This document shows, one piece after another, positions 21,513-31,800 of a stretch of 64,000 nucleotides of DNA. Both the position numbers and the translations under genes were made by a program. The stretch spans positions 868,001 to 932,000 of the forward strand of contig VRMN01000001.1 of the NCBI GenBank assembly GCA_008690995.1, read 5' to 3'. This DNA is from Porphyridium purpureum. Lineage: Eukaryota. Position 1 is the first letter of the stretch, and the number at the start of each line of letters is the position of its first letter. The notes below the pieces were generated by a model that saw only the letters and a program-made list of their open reading frames with translations, did no database searches and had not been told where the DNA came from.

Positions 21513-22161
21513 CGATGAGTCGGTAACTGTGGCCTACATGCCCAGGCATAAGGCATAAATCGTTGTACAAGCTTGAAGGTAGTCAGCAGCATCTTCATTG
21601 CAAGCCTTTGAAGAAAACAAGAAGCTAAGAGGAACTCCTGTGAACGCCGAAAACAAAGTAGATGAGAGCATGGTGAAGCTGGAAACTAGGTGCGGGTGTA
21701 GATTGCTCCCATGCAGTGACGGAAGCGATTGCATGGCTTGTGTTGCGGTTTACACTGATCGGCCGTGCCTTTTCAGAAATTCGGGACAATATTTGCGAAC
21801 GGAGCTGCAGAGCATGTGCTGCTTCGCGCCTTCTTCTGGAATTGTTTTCTTCTCTCTGTCGTGCAGGACATTTCCGGTCCGCGGCGAAGCTGTGGCAACA
21901 GTGTTCGTATCAGAGCGAAAACATTTAACCAGTGCAAGTAAAGGGTGCTGCAAAAGCGATATGAAAGCACCGCGTCGATCTCCAGATCAAACCGCGTTTC
22001 ACTTTAATCAAGATTTCCGTCAGCCCTGCATTTTCCATCCCAAAATACATTCCGATACAAAGCCTCCGTGGCTTCATCCTGGACATCCACGGCGGTCGGG
22101 CGTCACGCAGATCTCTATAATCAGCGCGGTGCGGGAGATGCTCGCGATTGCAGTCTCAACT

Positions 22162-24246
22162 TCAAGAATCCCCATTGATGTTCACGATGGCAAGGAAAGC
22201 TGAGCTCGGCACCTCAACTTTACCCACGGCCTTCATGCGCTTCTTCCCTTCCGCTTGCTTCTTGAGCAATTTCTTCTTTCGGCTGATATCACCACCGTAG
22301 CATTTCGCAGTGACATCTTTTCTCAATGCACTAATCCGCTCCGACGCGATACTCTTTGTACCAATCACGGCCTGTATGACGATCTGGAAGTTTGCCCGCG
22401 GGATAATTTCCTTGAGCTTCTTCACATATTCCTTGCCGACAGAATATGCCTTGTCCCTGTGAACGATACACGTCAGTGCATCGAGCGGGTCGCCAGCTAC
22501 ATTAATATCGAGCCGAACCAAGTCGCTCTCTCTGTACCCAATCCAGTCGTACTCCATCGATGCGTATCCTTTTGAACGACTCTTCAGCGCGTCAAAAAAG
22601 TTACCTACCATTTCCGCCAGCGGCATTTCGTACACCAGTGTGGTGCGCCCTTGCACAAGATAGCGCATATCTTTGAACTCACCACGACGCGACACCGCAA
22701 GTTCCATCAGAGGCCCGACATACTCTTCTGGCGTTATGATGTCCAGCTTAACGTAAGGCTCCTCGATGCACTTTCGCAAGGTCGGGTCCGGGAGCTGGCT
22801 CGGATTGTCAAGCATATAGGGTTCGCCTTTTGTCGGAGTGACGCGGTATACAACCGACGGCGCTGTTGTAATGAGCTCGAGGTTGTACTCCCGTTCCAAT
22901 CGTTCCTGTACCACATCCATGTGCAACATGCCCAGGAAGCCACAGCGGAAACCAAAGCCCATGGCCGACGATGATTCCGCTTCGAAGGACAGCGCCGCGT
23001 CGTTCAGCTTGAACTTTTCCAACGCTACCTTGAGATCATTGAAATCATCGGCCGACACTGGAAAGAGGCCCGCAAACACCATGGGCTTCGCCTTCTGGTA
23101 ACCTGGAAGTGGCTTCTCCGCGCGCCGCTTCGCCAGCGTGATCGTGTCTCCCACGCGAGCGTCCTCCACCGACTTGATGCTCGCAAACAGGTACCCTACT
23201 TCTCCGGCACTAAGCACGTCCACTGGCTTGTGCTTTGGCATCAAAACGCCGACTTCGTCCGTGTCAAACTCGGCCTCTGAGTTCATAAAGCGCACCTTAT
23301 CGCCCGGCCTCAGCTCGCCTTCCATCACTCGAAATAGCACCACGACGCCCTTGTACGGGTCGTAGTACGAGTCAAAAATCAAGGCACGCAGTGGCTTCTT
23401 GTGTGCGTCGGCCGACGGTGGCGGGACTGTGGCCACAATGCTCTCAAGAATCTCATCGATGCCAATGCCAGCCTTGGCGGACGCAAGGATACCCCCGGAG
23501 CAATCTAGCCCAATCACCTCTTCGACCTCGCGCATTACACGCTCCGGTTCGGCGCCCGGCAAGTCAATCTTGTTAAAAACGGGAATGATTTCGAGGTTGT
23601 TTTCGAGCGCAAGGTACACATTGGCCAAGGTCTGCGCTTCAATGCCCTGCGAGGCATCTACGACTAGAAGTGCACCTTCGCAGGCCATAAGCGAGCGCGA
23701 CACTTCGTACGAAAAATCTACGTGTCCCGGCGTGTCAATCAAGTTGAGAATATAGTCTAACCCGTCCTTCGCGCGATAGAGCATGCGCGCGGCCTGCAGC
23801 TTGATGGTGATGCCGCGCTCCCGTTCAATATCCATGTTATCCAGAAACTGCTGCTTCATGTCGCGCGAAGCGACGGTACCTGTGGCTTGGAGCAACCTAT
23901 CAGCCAGCGTCGACTTGCCATGATCGATGTGAGCAATGATCGAGAAATTCCGAATACGCTCCGGAGGGACTTTGACGAGGTGCCTGGTCGCGTCATCGAT
24001 ATGCGGCTCCGCAGTGTCCGCTGCCGCCTTGGCATTCTTCTCGGACAGGACCATATCCATCCTGCGCGCGCTCGCCAAGCATCTCACCGACCTGCGGGCG
24101 ACTGCGCGCGAATTCGCAAACGCACCATCCGCCGCGCCCAATTCACGCGGCGGCGCGGCGCACTTCCGCAGCGAACACCGCCGCACTAGACTCTCGCCAT
24201 CGGAGACTGCTTGCCGACCTCCTCCTGCATACACGTATGCGACCAT
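22162..24246 (-). CDS. lepA: Plastid translation factor EF-4 (LepA/GUF1)
   Basis: [75 protein letters not shown]; transit-peptide-like N-terminus from MVAY. Confidence 0.96.
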   Translation of the reverse strand: MVAYVYAGGGRQAVSDGESLVRRCSLRKCAAPPRELGAADGAFANSRAVARRSVRCLASARRMDMVLSEKNAKAAADTAEPHIDDATRHLVKVPPERIRNFSIIAHIDHGKSTLADRLLQATGTVASRDMKQQFLDNMDIERERGITIKLQAARMLYRAKDGLDYILNLIDTPGHVDFSYEVSRSLMACEGALLVVDASQGIEAQTLANVYLALENNLEIIPVFNKIDLPGAEPERVMREVEEVIGLDCSGGILASAKAGIGIDEILESIVATVPPPSADAHKKPLRALIFDSYYDPYKGVVVLFRVMEGELRPGDKVRFMNSEAEFDTDEVGVLMPKHKPVDVLSAGEVGYLFASIKSVEDARVGDTITLAKRRAEKPLPGYQKAKPMVFAGLFPVSADDFNDLKVALEKFKLNDAALSFEAESSSAMGFGFRCGFLGMLHMDVVQERLEREYNLELITTAPSVVYRVTPTKGEPYMLDNPSQLPDPTLRKCIEEPYVKLDIITPEEYVGPLMELAVSRRGEFKDMRYLVQGRTTLVYEMPLAEMVGNFFDALKSRSKGYASMEYDWIGYRESDLVRLDINVAGDPLDALTCIVHRDKAYSVGKEYVKKLKEIIPRANFQIVIQAVIGTKSIASERISALRKDVTAKCYGGDISRKKKLLKKQAEGKKRMKAVGKVEVPSSAFLAIVNINGDS

Positions 24247-24390
24247 TCCACCCGTCTCCCCAGGACGCGCTGCCTTCAATCAACTCAGGCCCACCCGCAA
24301 CCCACCCATAAATAGGCCACGCAGCCGCTCCAGCCCAATTCGGAGCTCGCCAACTTTCCAAGCTGGCCGTCCGCCCGCCCTTCGACCGAG

Positions 24391-24404
24391 GTACAGTACT
24401 GTAC
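24391..24404. promoter_or_regulatory. Perfect 14-bp palindrome GTACAGTACTGTAC (two copies of the recurring upstream motif)
   Basis: Seen directly, ~145 bp upstream of the lepA start; regulatory role is inferred. Confidence 0.55.
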
Positions 24405-24433
24405 TTATGTTCGCAAAGCACACGGGTCCAGTG

Positions 24434-24461
24434 CGTCCGTCCGTCCGTCCGTCCGTCCGTC
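24434..24461. repeat. (CGTC)7 tetranucleotide repeat
   Basis: Seen directly. Confidence 0.92.
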
Positions 24462-24903
24462 TGTTTGTTTGTGGAGGACGTTTGCTGCAAACGCATCCTG
24501 AAGCGCGGGACGGGACGCGTGCCGCACGTGAGAGGATGGCGGCAGTGGCGGATGGGTGTGAGATAGTTTTGCGTACGAGCGTGTCTGTCTTTGTATGGGC
24601 ACACTAGACATCCTCACAATTCCGTTCGAACTTTCAAATTTTAAGCTTTCCTTGTGCCGTTCATGCATGCTGTCCAGCAAGCACGACGAGAGATTGAAAC
24701 ATTAAACTTGTGCGCCTCTTGTGGCACTGGGTGGCAGACTCCGCCCTACCGCAGAAACGCACTGAAATCGTCACCATACACGCGCCGGCACGGCATTGCA
24801 GGGCCATGAAAAACATACCCGGATGCCGCAAACCATCGCTTTCGTGAACGAGCCTTTTAAATCCACATGCATGAAGCGAAATTTCCTTCGGACAAGTCTG
24901 ATT

Positions 24904-26385
24904 CTACCTTGAGCCCGGCTTGGGCGCAGAGAGATCGAGTGCCTTCCCAAAAATGCGCTGGTAGACGTCGCACACGTCATCGACGGCCGTTTCAAAATGA
25001 GTCGTCGCATCATACGAGCGAGTAATAAAGCATTGATCAGCCTGGCCCGAACTCGCAGGCTCGTACATATCATCCACTGCCAAGAACGAATCAATTATTG
25101 GCCCCAGCAGGTCCAGTCCGGGCTTCAGCTCAGAGGCAGGATCATCTGTCTCCACAGTGGTGGAGACCAGCGCAATGTACTTACCCTCAGGAGCAACCTT
25201 GTGCGCGCTCGACAACACCAACACATAAATATCGCTCTTGCGATTTGTTTTCGTTTGCCTGGCTGGAATTATAATTTGGCAAGAATTCGAGTCACGCGTA
25301 TTGGCCGGCGGTGAGGACAATACGCAGTAGCACCGCACAACTTTGCCTTTCTTCTGTACCTTATCGGGGAAGTATGAATGATCTCCGACCACAAACTTGC
25401 ACTTGGCGGCCTGGTTGCCCGCACGCACCCCACACGCCTTTCCCTCGCTGTCATAGAGAACGCTATCAATAGCAGCTCCAAGCATAAATGTCCCTCCATG
25501 GACCGCAGACAAGCGTGCAAATGACTGCGGCAGCTCGCCCAGCCCATACAGAGGGTACAAGTACGGAGACTTTCCGTATCGCGCAAGCGAGTCAGCATAA
25601 TGCTTAATCTTCTGCACGGTCTCCAGAGCCGGCTGCTCAATATAGCTCTCATCTCGCCACAACGCAAGCGAGTGACCGATGAACTCGATCGTGTCCTTTT
25701 GAAGTCCAAAATACTTGTAGATCTCTCCCATCGTCACTTTGCGAATGTCGCGCTTTTGCCAAGTGGATTCATCCTCGAGATCGTAAAAATGGACCCACGA
25801 GAAGAACTGTCGGCAACGATTCTTCTCAAGCAGACCCATGAGTCCGGATGTCATGGCTTCAGAAGGAGTCACAGGAACTTTGTGCGGGCGCGAGCCGCTG
25901 AAAACGAACGAGCCATCCACAAGCTTGAAGTCCAAATACTTTGCCACGTCGCAGTAGATAAGCATGTTGACCATATTACCAGACGCCATGATAAACTTCG
26001 GAACCAGATCAACGTTGTAATCGCGCGACTTGCCGAACACGCTTTCTGGCGGATCAACTTGGACGCCTTTGAACTTTTCGAACAGCTGCTTCAGGTTCAG
26101 CGACGCCGACAATCCGCCGTAGTACTGGTTCCGGTCCACATTGAGCACTTTGAGCCCTGAGACGGAGAGCAAGCCGCTCATGATGCACTCGGTCAAGCCC
26201 GTTCCCAGCACGACGGCGTCGTACTCGCCGTCAGCCAACGGCTCGTAGCGGTCGCTCCCGATCGTGACGCCAGCGAACGCCTCCTCCAGGGAATCCCCCA
26301 GCGCGCCTTCCATGCCCTGCGGAGCAAGCGCCACTTCCGGCACGGCGTCAGCTTCCATATCGCCCATTCTCATCAGCCCATCCAT
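24904..26385 (-). CDS. GDI1: Rab GDP dissociation inhibitor
   Basis: EYDAVVLGTGLTECIMSGLLSVSG, DRNQYYGG, DYNVDLVPKFIMA, SPYLYPLYGLGELPQSFARLSAVHGG, SYDATTHFET. The start Met is one of several between 26358 and 26385. Confidence 0.96.
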   Translation of the reverse strand: MDGLMRMGDMEADAVPEVALAPQGMEGALGDSLEEAFAGVTIGSDRYEPLADGEYDAVVLGTGLTECIMSGLLSVSGLKVLNVDRNQYYGGLSASLNLKQLFEKFKGVQVDPPESVFGKSRDYNVDLVPKFIMASGNMVNMLIYCDVAKYLDFKLVDGSFVFSGSRPHKVPVTPSEAMTSGLMGLLEKNRCRQFFSWVHFYDLEDESTWQKRDIRKVTMGEIYKYFGLQKDTIEFIGHSLALWRDESYIEQPALETVQKIKHYADSLARYGKSPYLYPLYGLGELPQSFARLSAVHGGTFMLGAAIDSVLYDSEGKACGVRAGNQAAKCKFVVGDHSYFPDKVQKKGKVVRCYCVLSSPPANTRDSNSCQIIIPARQTKTNRKSDIYVLVLSSAHKVAPEGKYIALVSTTVETDDPASELKPGLDLLGPIIDSFLAVDDMYEPASSGQADQCFITRSYDATTHFETAVDDVCDVYQRIFGKALDLSAPKPGSR

Positions 26386-26594
26386 CCAAGCGCCGCAAAA
26401 GAAGTGCTCGCCGCGTGCTTGAGACTGCCGGTCGTGGCAACGCACCCACTGACACGCCGTTTTCAAACACGGCCAGCATGCGGTGGCGTGAGTGAACAAA
26501 GGGCTTAGGATAATACTGCTTATGTTGCACTGGGTTGTGTTTGATTTACGTAGAACAGCGGGCGCGATTAGAGACATACAGACACGATCGCCGA

Positions 26595-28310
26595 CTACAG
26601 CACGCCTGTATCGTGCAGACTTTGCTTCATCGCCTTCTTATAAATGTCCCGCCAAAGGCCATCGGCATCGAGCACAAGCTCCCGGACAAAGGATAAGATC
26701 TCGTACTGCCGCTGACGGCTCGCGATATTGGGCTCGCCGATCTGCTCAAGCATATCGCCGAGTTTCATTCGCAGCTCGCCGTGCTCACTGATTAGCATCT
26801 CCAGCTTGTCGTCCATTTCCAAATCTTCAATCGCATCAGACAGCTCGTGTTCGTAGGGCTGCTCGACTTCACCCTCGTGGGTTTCGCGCAGGTATTGCTC
26901 GATGCGCGTGGGATTGTTCGCGTTTCGCAACACATCCACAACCACATTCGTGCTGTCTCGGAAATCGACTAGAGCCGCGTCAAGTTCGTCCAAGTGTATC
27001 GTGGTCGCCAACTCATTGCATAGGCGCGGCATGTCCTCTGCGATCGGAAACACTTCTGGGCACTTTTTCAGCAGCCCATTCACGAGCGTGTGGAGCAATG
27101 AAGGGAACTTCCCGTCCGGATGCAGAGTATGCTTCAAGGTGGGCAAGATATCGAGCTGAAAACTGGAAATTGTGTTGTCCTTCTCGACATACCGTGCCAA
27201 GCTGATCATGATAACAAGCACCTTGCGAAAACGCTCCGAGAAAAGAATTTCCGAAGCCATGACCTCGTAAGCTTTCATGATTCCACGGTAGCGTCTGAAA
27301 TCCGAATCGAACGCGCAGCGGAACATTTCAGCCACTATTCTGTCGTACGATCGCGAAAAGAAGACGTCCATATCAATGACACAGTCAAAGTTTCCCGGGT
27401 CTTGGTCGCACTCCTTGACAACTTGCCACATAAAGCGCGCAAACGCAGCGTCTGCAGCGGTGACCGAATCCTGCGCGGCGCTTTTGCTCTCCTCGCGGCA
27501 TAAGGCGAGCTCTGGTGTTCCTACGCGCAGCCGGCGCAATAGTTTTTCTCTACGCAAGGCTGCAATGAGATCGTCCGGTCCCTCCGGCAAAACGGCGAGC
27601 ACAGCCTCGAGTAATTTTCGGTCGCCCCGTGCGACCGACGGCTGCAAGCACAGCAAGACGAAGCGAGCCGGTTTGAGATGAAATGTTTTGATCAGCTCCT
27701 GTCTTAGCGCATGCAGCTCCCGTGCTGCTTCGTCATCTACACTGCATTGGCGCGACCCCGCGCGACGCACCTCAGTCGTCCGCCCGCCGAGCCGCGTGTC
27801 CGCAGGCGAGCCATTGTCGAGGCCGGGTGACTTGTCGGCAAGCGATTCAAGCATCGCGCCCATCGCCAGCGCCTGCTCCACGGCCGCTGCGTTTCCGTCT
27901 AGTCGCTTTGAGCTCGCAACACCATCGCCCTTGTCATAGCTGAATTCGGAGCGATTGCTCTGGTTCCTGCCATCCTTGCGCTTCAACGCGCCGCTGGTTT
28001 TGCGCGGCTGTGTCGCCGAGCTGTCCGTCGGGAAGAAGCAGGCAACAAAGCCAAAGTCCAGCTCGACATCCTGCTCTTCTAGTGTTGTTGGGTCTTCTAG
28101 AAACGCCTGCAGTTCATCCTCCCATTGTTCCAGGATGAGGCGGTCGTCTTCGAAACACAGGTCGTCGCGTGCCAACAGGAAGCCGTGTGCGTTTAGCGGG
28201 TCCGCCGCTAGGTCCACGACCCAATCCCGAATGCCCAGCGCCATACACTTGCTCACCAGCGCTTGGGCCTCATCCTCAGGCTTCTCATCCTCCGGCGCCA
28301 TCGTCACCAT
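26595..28310 (-). CDS. Divergent formin FH2-like protein (no FH1)
   Basis: C-terminal half follows the FH2 consensus: EILFSERFRKVLVIMISLARYV..SSFQLDILPTL....SLLHTLV..LLKKCPEV, later MLEQIGE...EILSFVREL. Confidence 0.7.
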   Translation of the reverse strand: MVTMAPEDEKPEDEAQALVSKCMALGIRDWVVDLAADPLNAHGFLLARDDLCFEDDRLILEQWEDELQAFLEDPTTLEEQDVELDFGFVACFFPTDSSATQPRKTSGALKRKDGRNQSNRSEFSYDKGDGVASSKRLDGNAAAVEQALAMGAMLESLADKSPGLDNGSPADTRLGGRTTEVRRAGSRQCSVDDEAARELHALRQELIKTFHLKPARFVLLCLQPSVARGDRKLLEAVLAVLPEGPDDLIAALRREKLLRRLRVGTPELALCREESKSAAQDSVTAADAAFARFMWQVVKECDQDPGNFDCVIDMDVFFSRSYDRIVAEMFRCAFDSDFRRYRGIMKAYEVMASEILFSERFRKVLVIMISLARYVEKDNTISSFQLDILPTLKHTLHPDGKFPSLLHTLVNGLLKKCPEVFPIAEDMPRLCNELATTIHLDELDAALVDFRDSTNVVVDVLRNANNPTRIEQYLRETHEGEVEQPYEHELSDAIEDLEMDDKLEMLISEHGELRMKLGDMLEQIGEPNIASRQRQYEILSFVRELVLDADGLWRDIYKKAMKQSLHDTGVL

Positions 28311-28816
28311 ACCACGCTTCGGCGCCCACGTCCTCGTCCATAACACGCACACGCGTTCGCCTCATCCCACCTTTGGGCCCCCCTCTTCTCACCCCAGAGA
28401 GAACGAGCCGAATGGAAATTAAAAAGCGTGTTAATAAACAATTATTATGTAAACCGGATGACAACTGAGATCTTCTATAAAAGCGGATGTATTTTCAAAG
28501 AAGAAAAGAGTTGGACAGATTGTTAAAGAAAGGATTAAAAATAAAATAGAAAACGGAAAATAGAAAATGGAAGCACGTCAACGTCGACAGCGGAAGCGGG
28601 AGAGGGGTTAGTTTAGGCGCAGAGTGCGTGTGGGTTGGGGAAGGGAGGGCACACAGCGATGCACGCGTGGAGCCGAGACATAGCGCGGACACTGCACTTC
28701 ACTGCTCGTTGCGTCAGACCGAGGCATGGCTGAGAATTCATAGCATTGCGCTGCGAAACGTTGCTTGCAAGGCGCTGGGCGCGTGCCACAATCGGAAAAC
28801 GCCTGGCGGGGAAAAG

Positions 28817-31800
28817 ATGTTTGAGGGGATTGTGGCAGATCTGCTGACGCGCGTGCTCGGGCGCTACGTCAAGGGGATTGACCGCGAGAGTATCTCGCTG
28901 GGAGTTTGGTCCGGTACGATTGAGTTTTCAGACCTCGAGGTGCAGCATGAGGCGCTGGAATTGTTGTTCGAGACGCTTGGCTTGAGTCTGTCGCTGCAGG
29001 TCGAGGCTGGTATTGTCGCAAAGCTGTCTGTTCTAGTCCCCTGGAAAAATCTCAGGACTCAACCCGTCCAGATTTCGCTAAACGGCATTCGCGTGCTCGC
29101 GCGACCATCCAAGCTCGACGCGCTTAATCATGTGAAACGCAATGGGAGAGTCAAAAAGGCGCAGCTCGATGCCGACGATGCGCTCCGGCAAACTGCGTGG
29201 ATGACCCAAAGCGCAGATACTGCAAAGAACGCCACCAGCTCTACCGCAACAGCTTCACATGCGGCGTCATCGACTTCAGCCCGCACGTCCCGGCCGGAGT
29301 CTTCGAGAGTCGGCGGCATCGCCGATTTGACGTCCTCATTGATGACTCCCATCGCAGAAAACGTCATTATTTCAGTTCAAAACGTTGAGATTGTCTACGT
29401 CGACGACCTCTCGGATAAGGAGCATCCTTTCTGCGCCAGACTGCAGGTGAATGCTTTTTCCTTGCGGAACTTACCGATAGAGCCCGACGAAGAGGCGCAG
29501 CACGCCCGTAAAGTGCTGAACGTGGAGTCTGTGAGCCTCTCCTGGTCACCTCTCCCTCTCATTCAGGCACATAGAAGACGAGATTTTCATGGACTGTTTG
29601 CGAAACGGGTTGAGTCTGAGCGCGACATTCTTCGAGACTTATGCGGCGCAATTACGTTGAGCTGGGTTGAAGGCCCTATTCCAGATTCTGTTTCTTGCAA
29701 AGACGCAGCTAGTCACTCACCTTCAAGCCAGAATTGCTGGACCTACCCGCGCGTGGACATTTCCGTGCATTTTCCGTCTGCCAAAGTGGAGATTGACGAG
29801 TTTCAGTATAGCACATTGCTCAAGGCAGTTGCCTGGTTTGCGGAAACTGAACTGTCACAGACTGCATTTGCCGCTCCGCGTACCCTTTCGTCGCCACGAG
29901 AGCGTTGGAAGTGGGTGCTGAACGTGCTGCTACCCGGTGTATCCGAAAGCCTGAAAGAAGCGCGGCTCCTGCAGCCAGTCGAGCTGCGCGCTACGCTGGA
30001 CCAGATTAACAGGTATGTTATGGCCCGGGTGGAGCTCTTCAAAGCCTTGAGGCAGAACAAGCGGCCCCGCCGTGATGCGGCGGCTATCGTCGAGCGCATG
30101 GAGCTGGACATGCCATTCTTTCAGATTACCGCGCTGCGGGACATTGCCGACTTCAGGCTCCAGCTCGAGCTACGTGCCACTGCTGTTCCTTCGTCCGCCT
30201 CCCCCCCTTCTGTTGTGACAACCGAAAAGGCCGAGGGGAAGCAACTCCATGGCCGGGAACATGGCAACGCGGTACAGCCGCCATCGTCATTTAGATGGAA
30301 TCTGTTCCGGAAAACCAAAGTAGACCAGCCTGTTTCAGCCTCGACGAGATCATTGTCGCCGGTGCAACTGGAACGCGAAAATTCTGTCGGACAAATTGAT
30401 CATCGGGTAGGGGTCACTGTTGCGGTCCCTGTAAAGGTTGCGCCGCCAGTTGAAAAGGCCTTGGCTACAGAAGACATTCAAGAATTTTCCAAAAGCTGGC
30501 CGTCTGTTGGCGACATTGAGCGAAATCTAACGTCGGAAAGTACACACAGTGGAGCTGAATTGAGAAATGATGTTGTAACGAGAAGTCAGTCTCGGGAGGG
30601 TCAGGGTTCAGCAATGAAAGCCACGCAGCAGTCTGTTGCAAGGCGGCCGAGTTTTGTACGAACTGCGTCCGCCAAGAGTATTTCGAGCTCAGCGACAGGG
30701 ACACCGCCGCTGATATCTCGTGAGACGTCTAAGACCGGCGTGGTGGCTTCTTTGAGTGCGCAGCCGCGTTCTCACATTATTCCATTGGACTTGCGCCTTT
30801 CAGCTAGGATTGACAAATGCTTGATCGTGCTGTACAATGGTGGCTTTCCATCGGCAAAAGAAAGTAATCGTGGTCACATGCACGCAGCATCCATGGGATC
30901 GTCTGACGCATGCCGTTCCTCATTTTGTGAGCTGGTGCTGGATTCGCTGGGATGCGTGTTCGAATTTGGTCAAGACACTGCGGAGCTCGGAGTGCTGCTG
31001 GACTCTTGGTCCGCGCGTGATCCGCGCCAAGGTGCTGAAGTTGTTTATCCGCGTATGCGGCACAGAGGCAACCACTTCAACCATACCCATCACAAAAGTG
31101 AAGGAGGTAACAGTGACTTTGAGTTTTCAGCTGTTCAAGACAAGGACATGAGTGCCGCGCAAAGAAGGCAGGATCCTTTCTGCATATCACACACTGGCTC
31201 CCTTCGGCCGCGTGCATCACAGGTCGTGCAGGAAGCCGTTGACCGGATATCTGCAGTACGCACCTGTGCCGGCATGTCGGTTTCAAGTGGCAATCTTGAT
31301 GTGCATGATGGTGCTGCTAGCTCGGGACCCCTGCTTGCGGTTCGACTTGTGCACACGCGCAGGCAAAAGGTAGAGGCGGAGTTTGAGAGCAACGAAATTT
31401 GGTGTGACTGCTGCGATGACAATCGTCAGAGCGATGACGAGAGCGAACAGTTCGAGTCCATCGCACATATCAACGAAGACGGAAAATGCGACAAGTGCGG
31501 TCTCCGGCCGAATCTGGGGCTCTCGGTTGCACTTGGTCCAATGGATGCTGTCTTGGACGGGGAAAATGGAGCGTTTGCTAATGTGCTACGCTTTCTCACG
31601 CCACCCTCAGAGGTGCTTCCAGTCGTATCTCTACTCTCTTCGATAGCCGCCTCTCAGCTTGGCTTGCTTCGCCGGCAGATCGTGCTGCTGCACCATGCCA
31701 AAAATCGTCGTGCAGCTCCTGTCAAGATGCACGTCCACTTTGCCTGTCCGCGCTTTGTACTGCCTTGCAGTGCACGTGCCCTTCTCCTCCCCACCTTCGG

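Noticed and set aside
21598..22203. 201-aa ORF between thiO and lepA
   Set aside because: TTG start, overlaps the lepA 3' end, no recognisable domain; likely 3'UTR sequence.
28628..28816. N-terminal extension of VPS13 in the ORF track
   Set aside because: The Chorein-N domain begins at MFEG (28817), as VPS13 proteins normally do.
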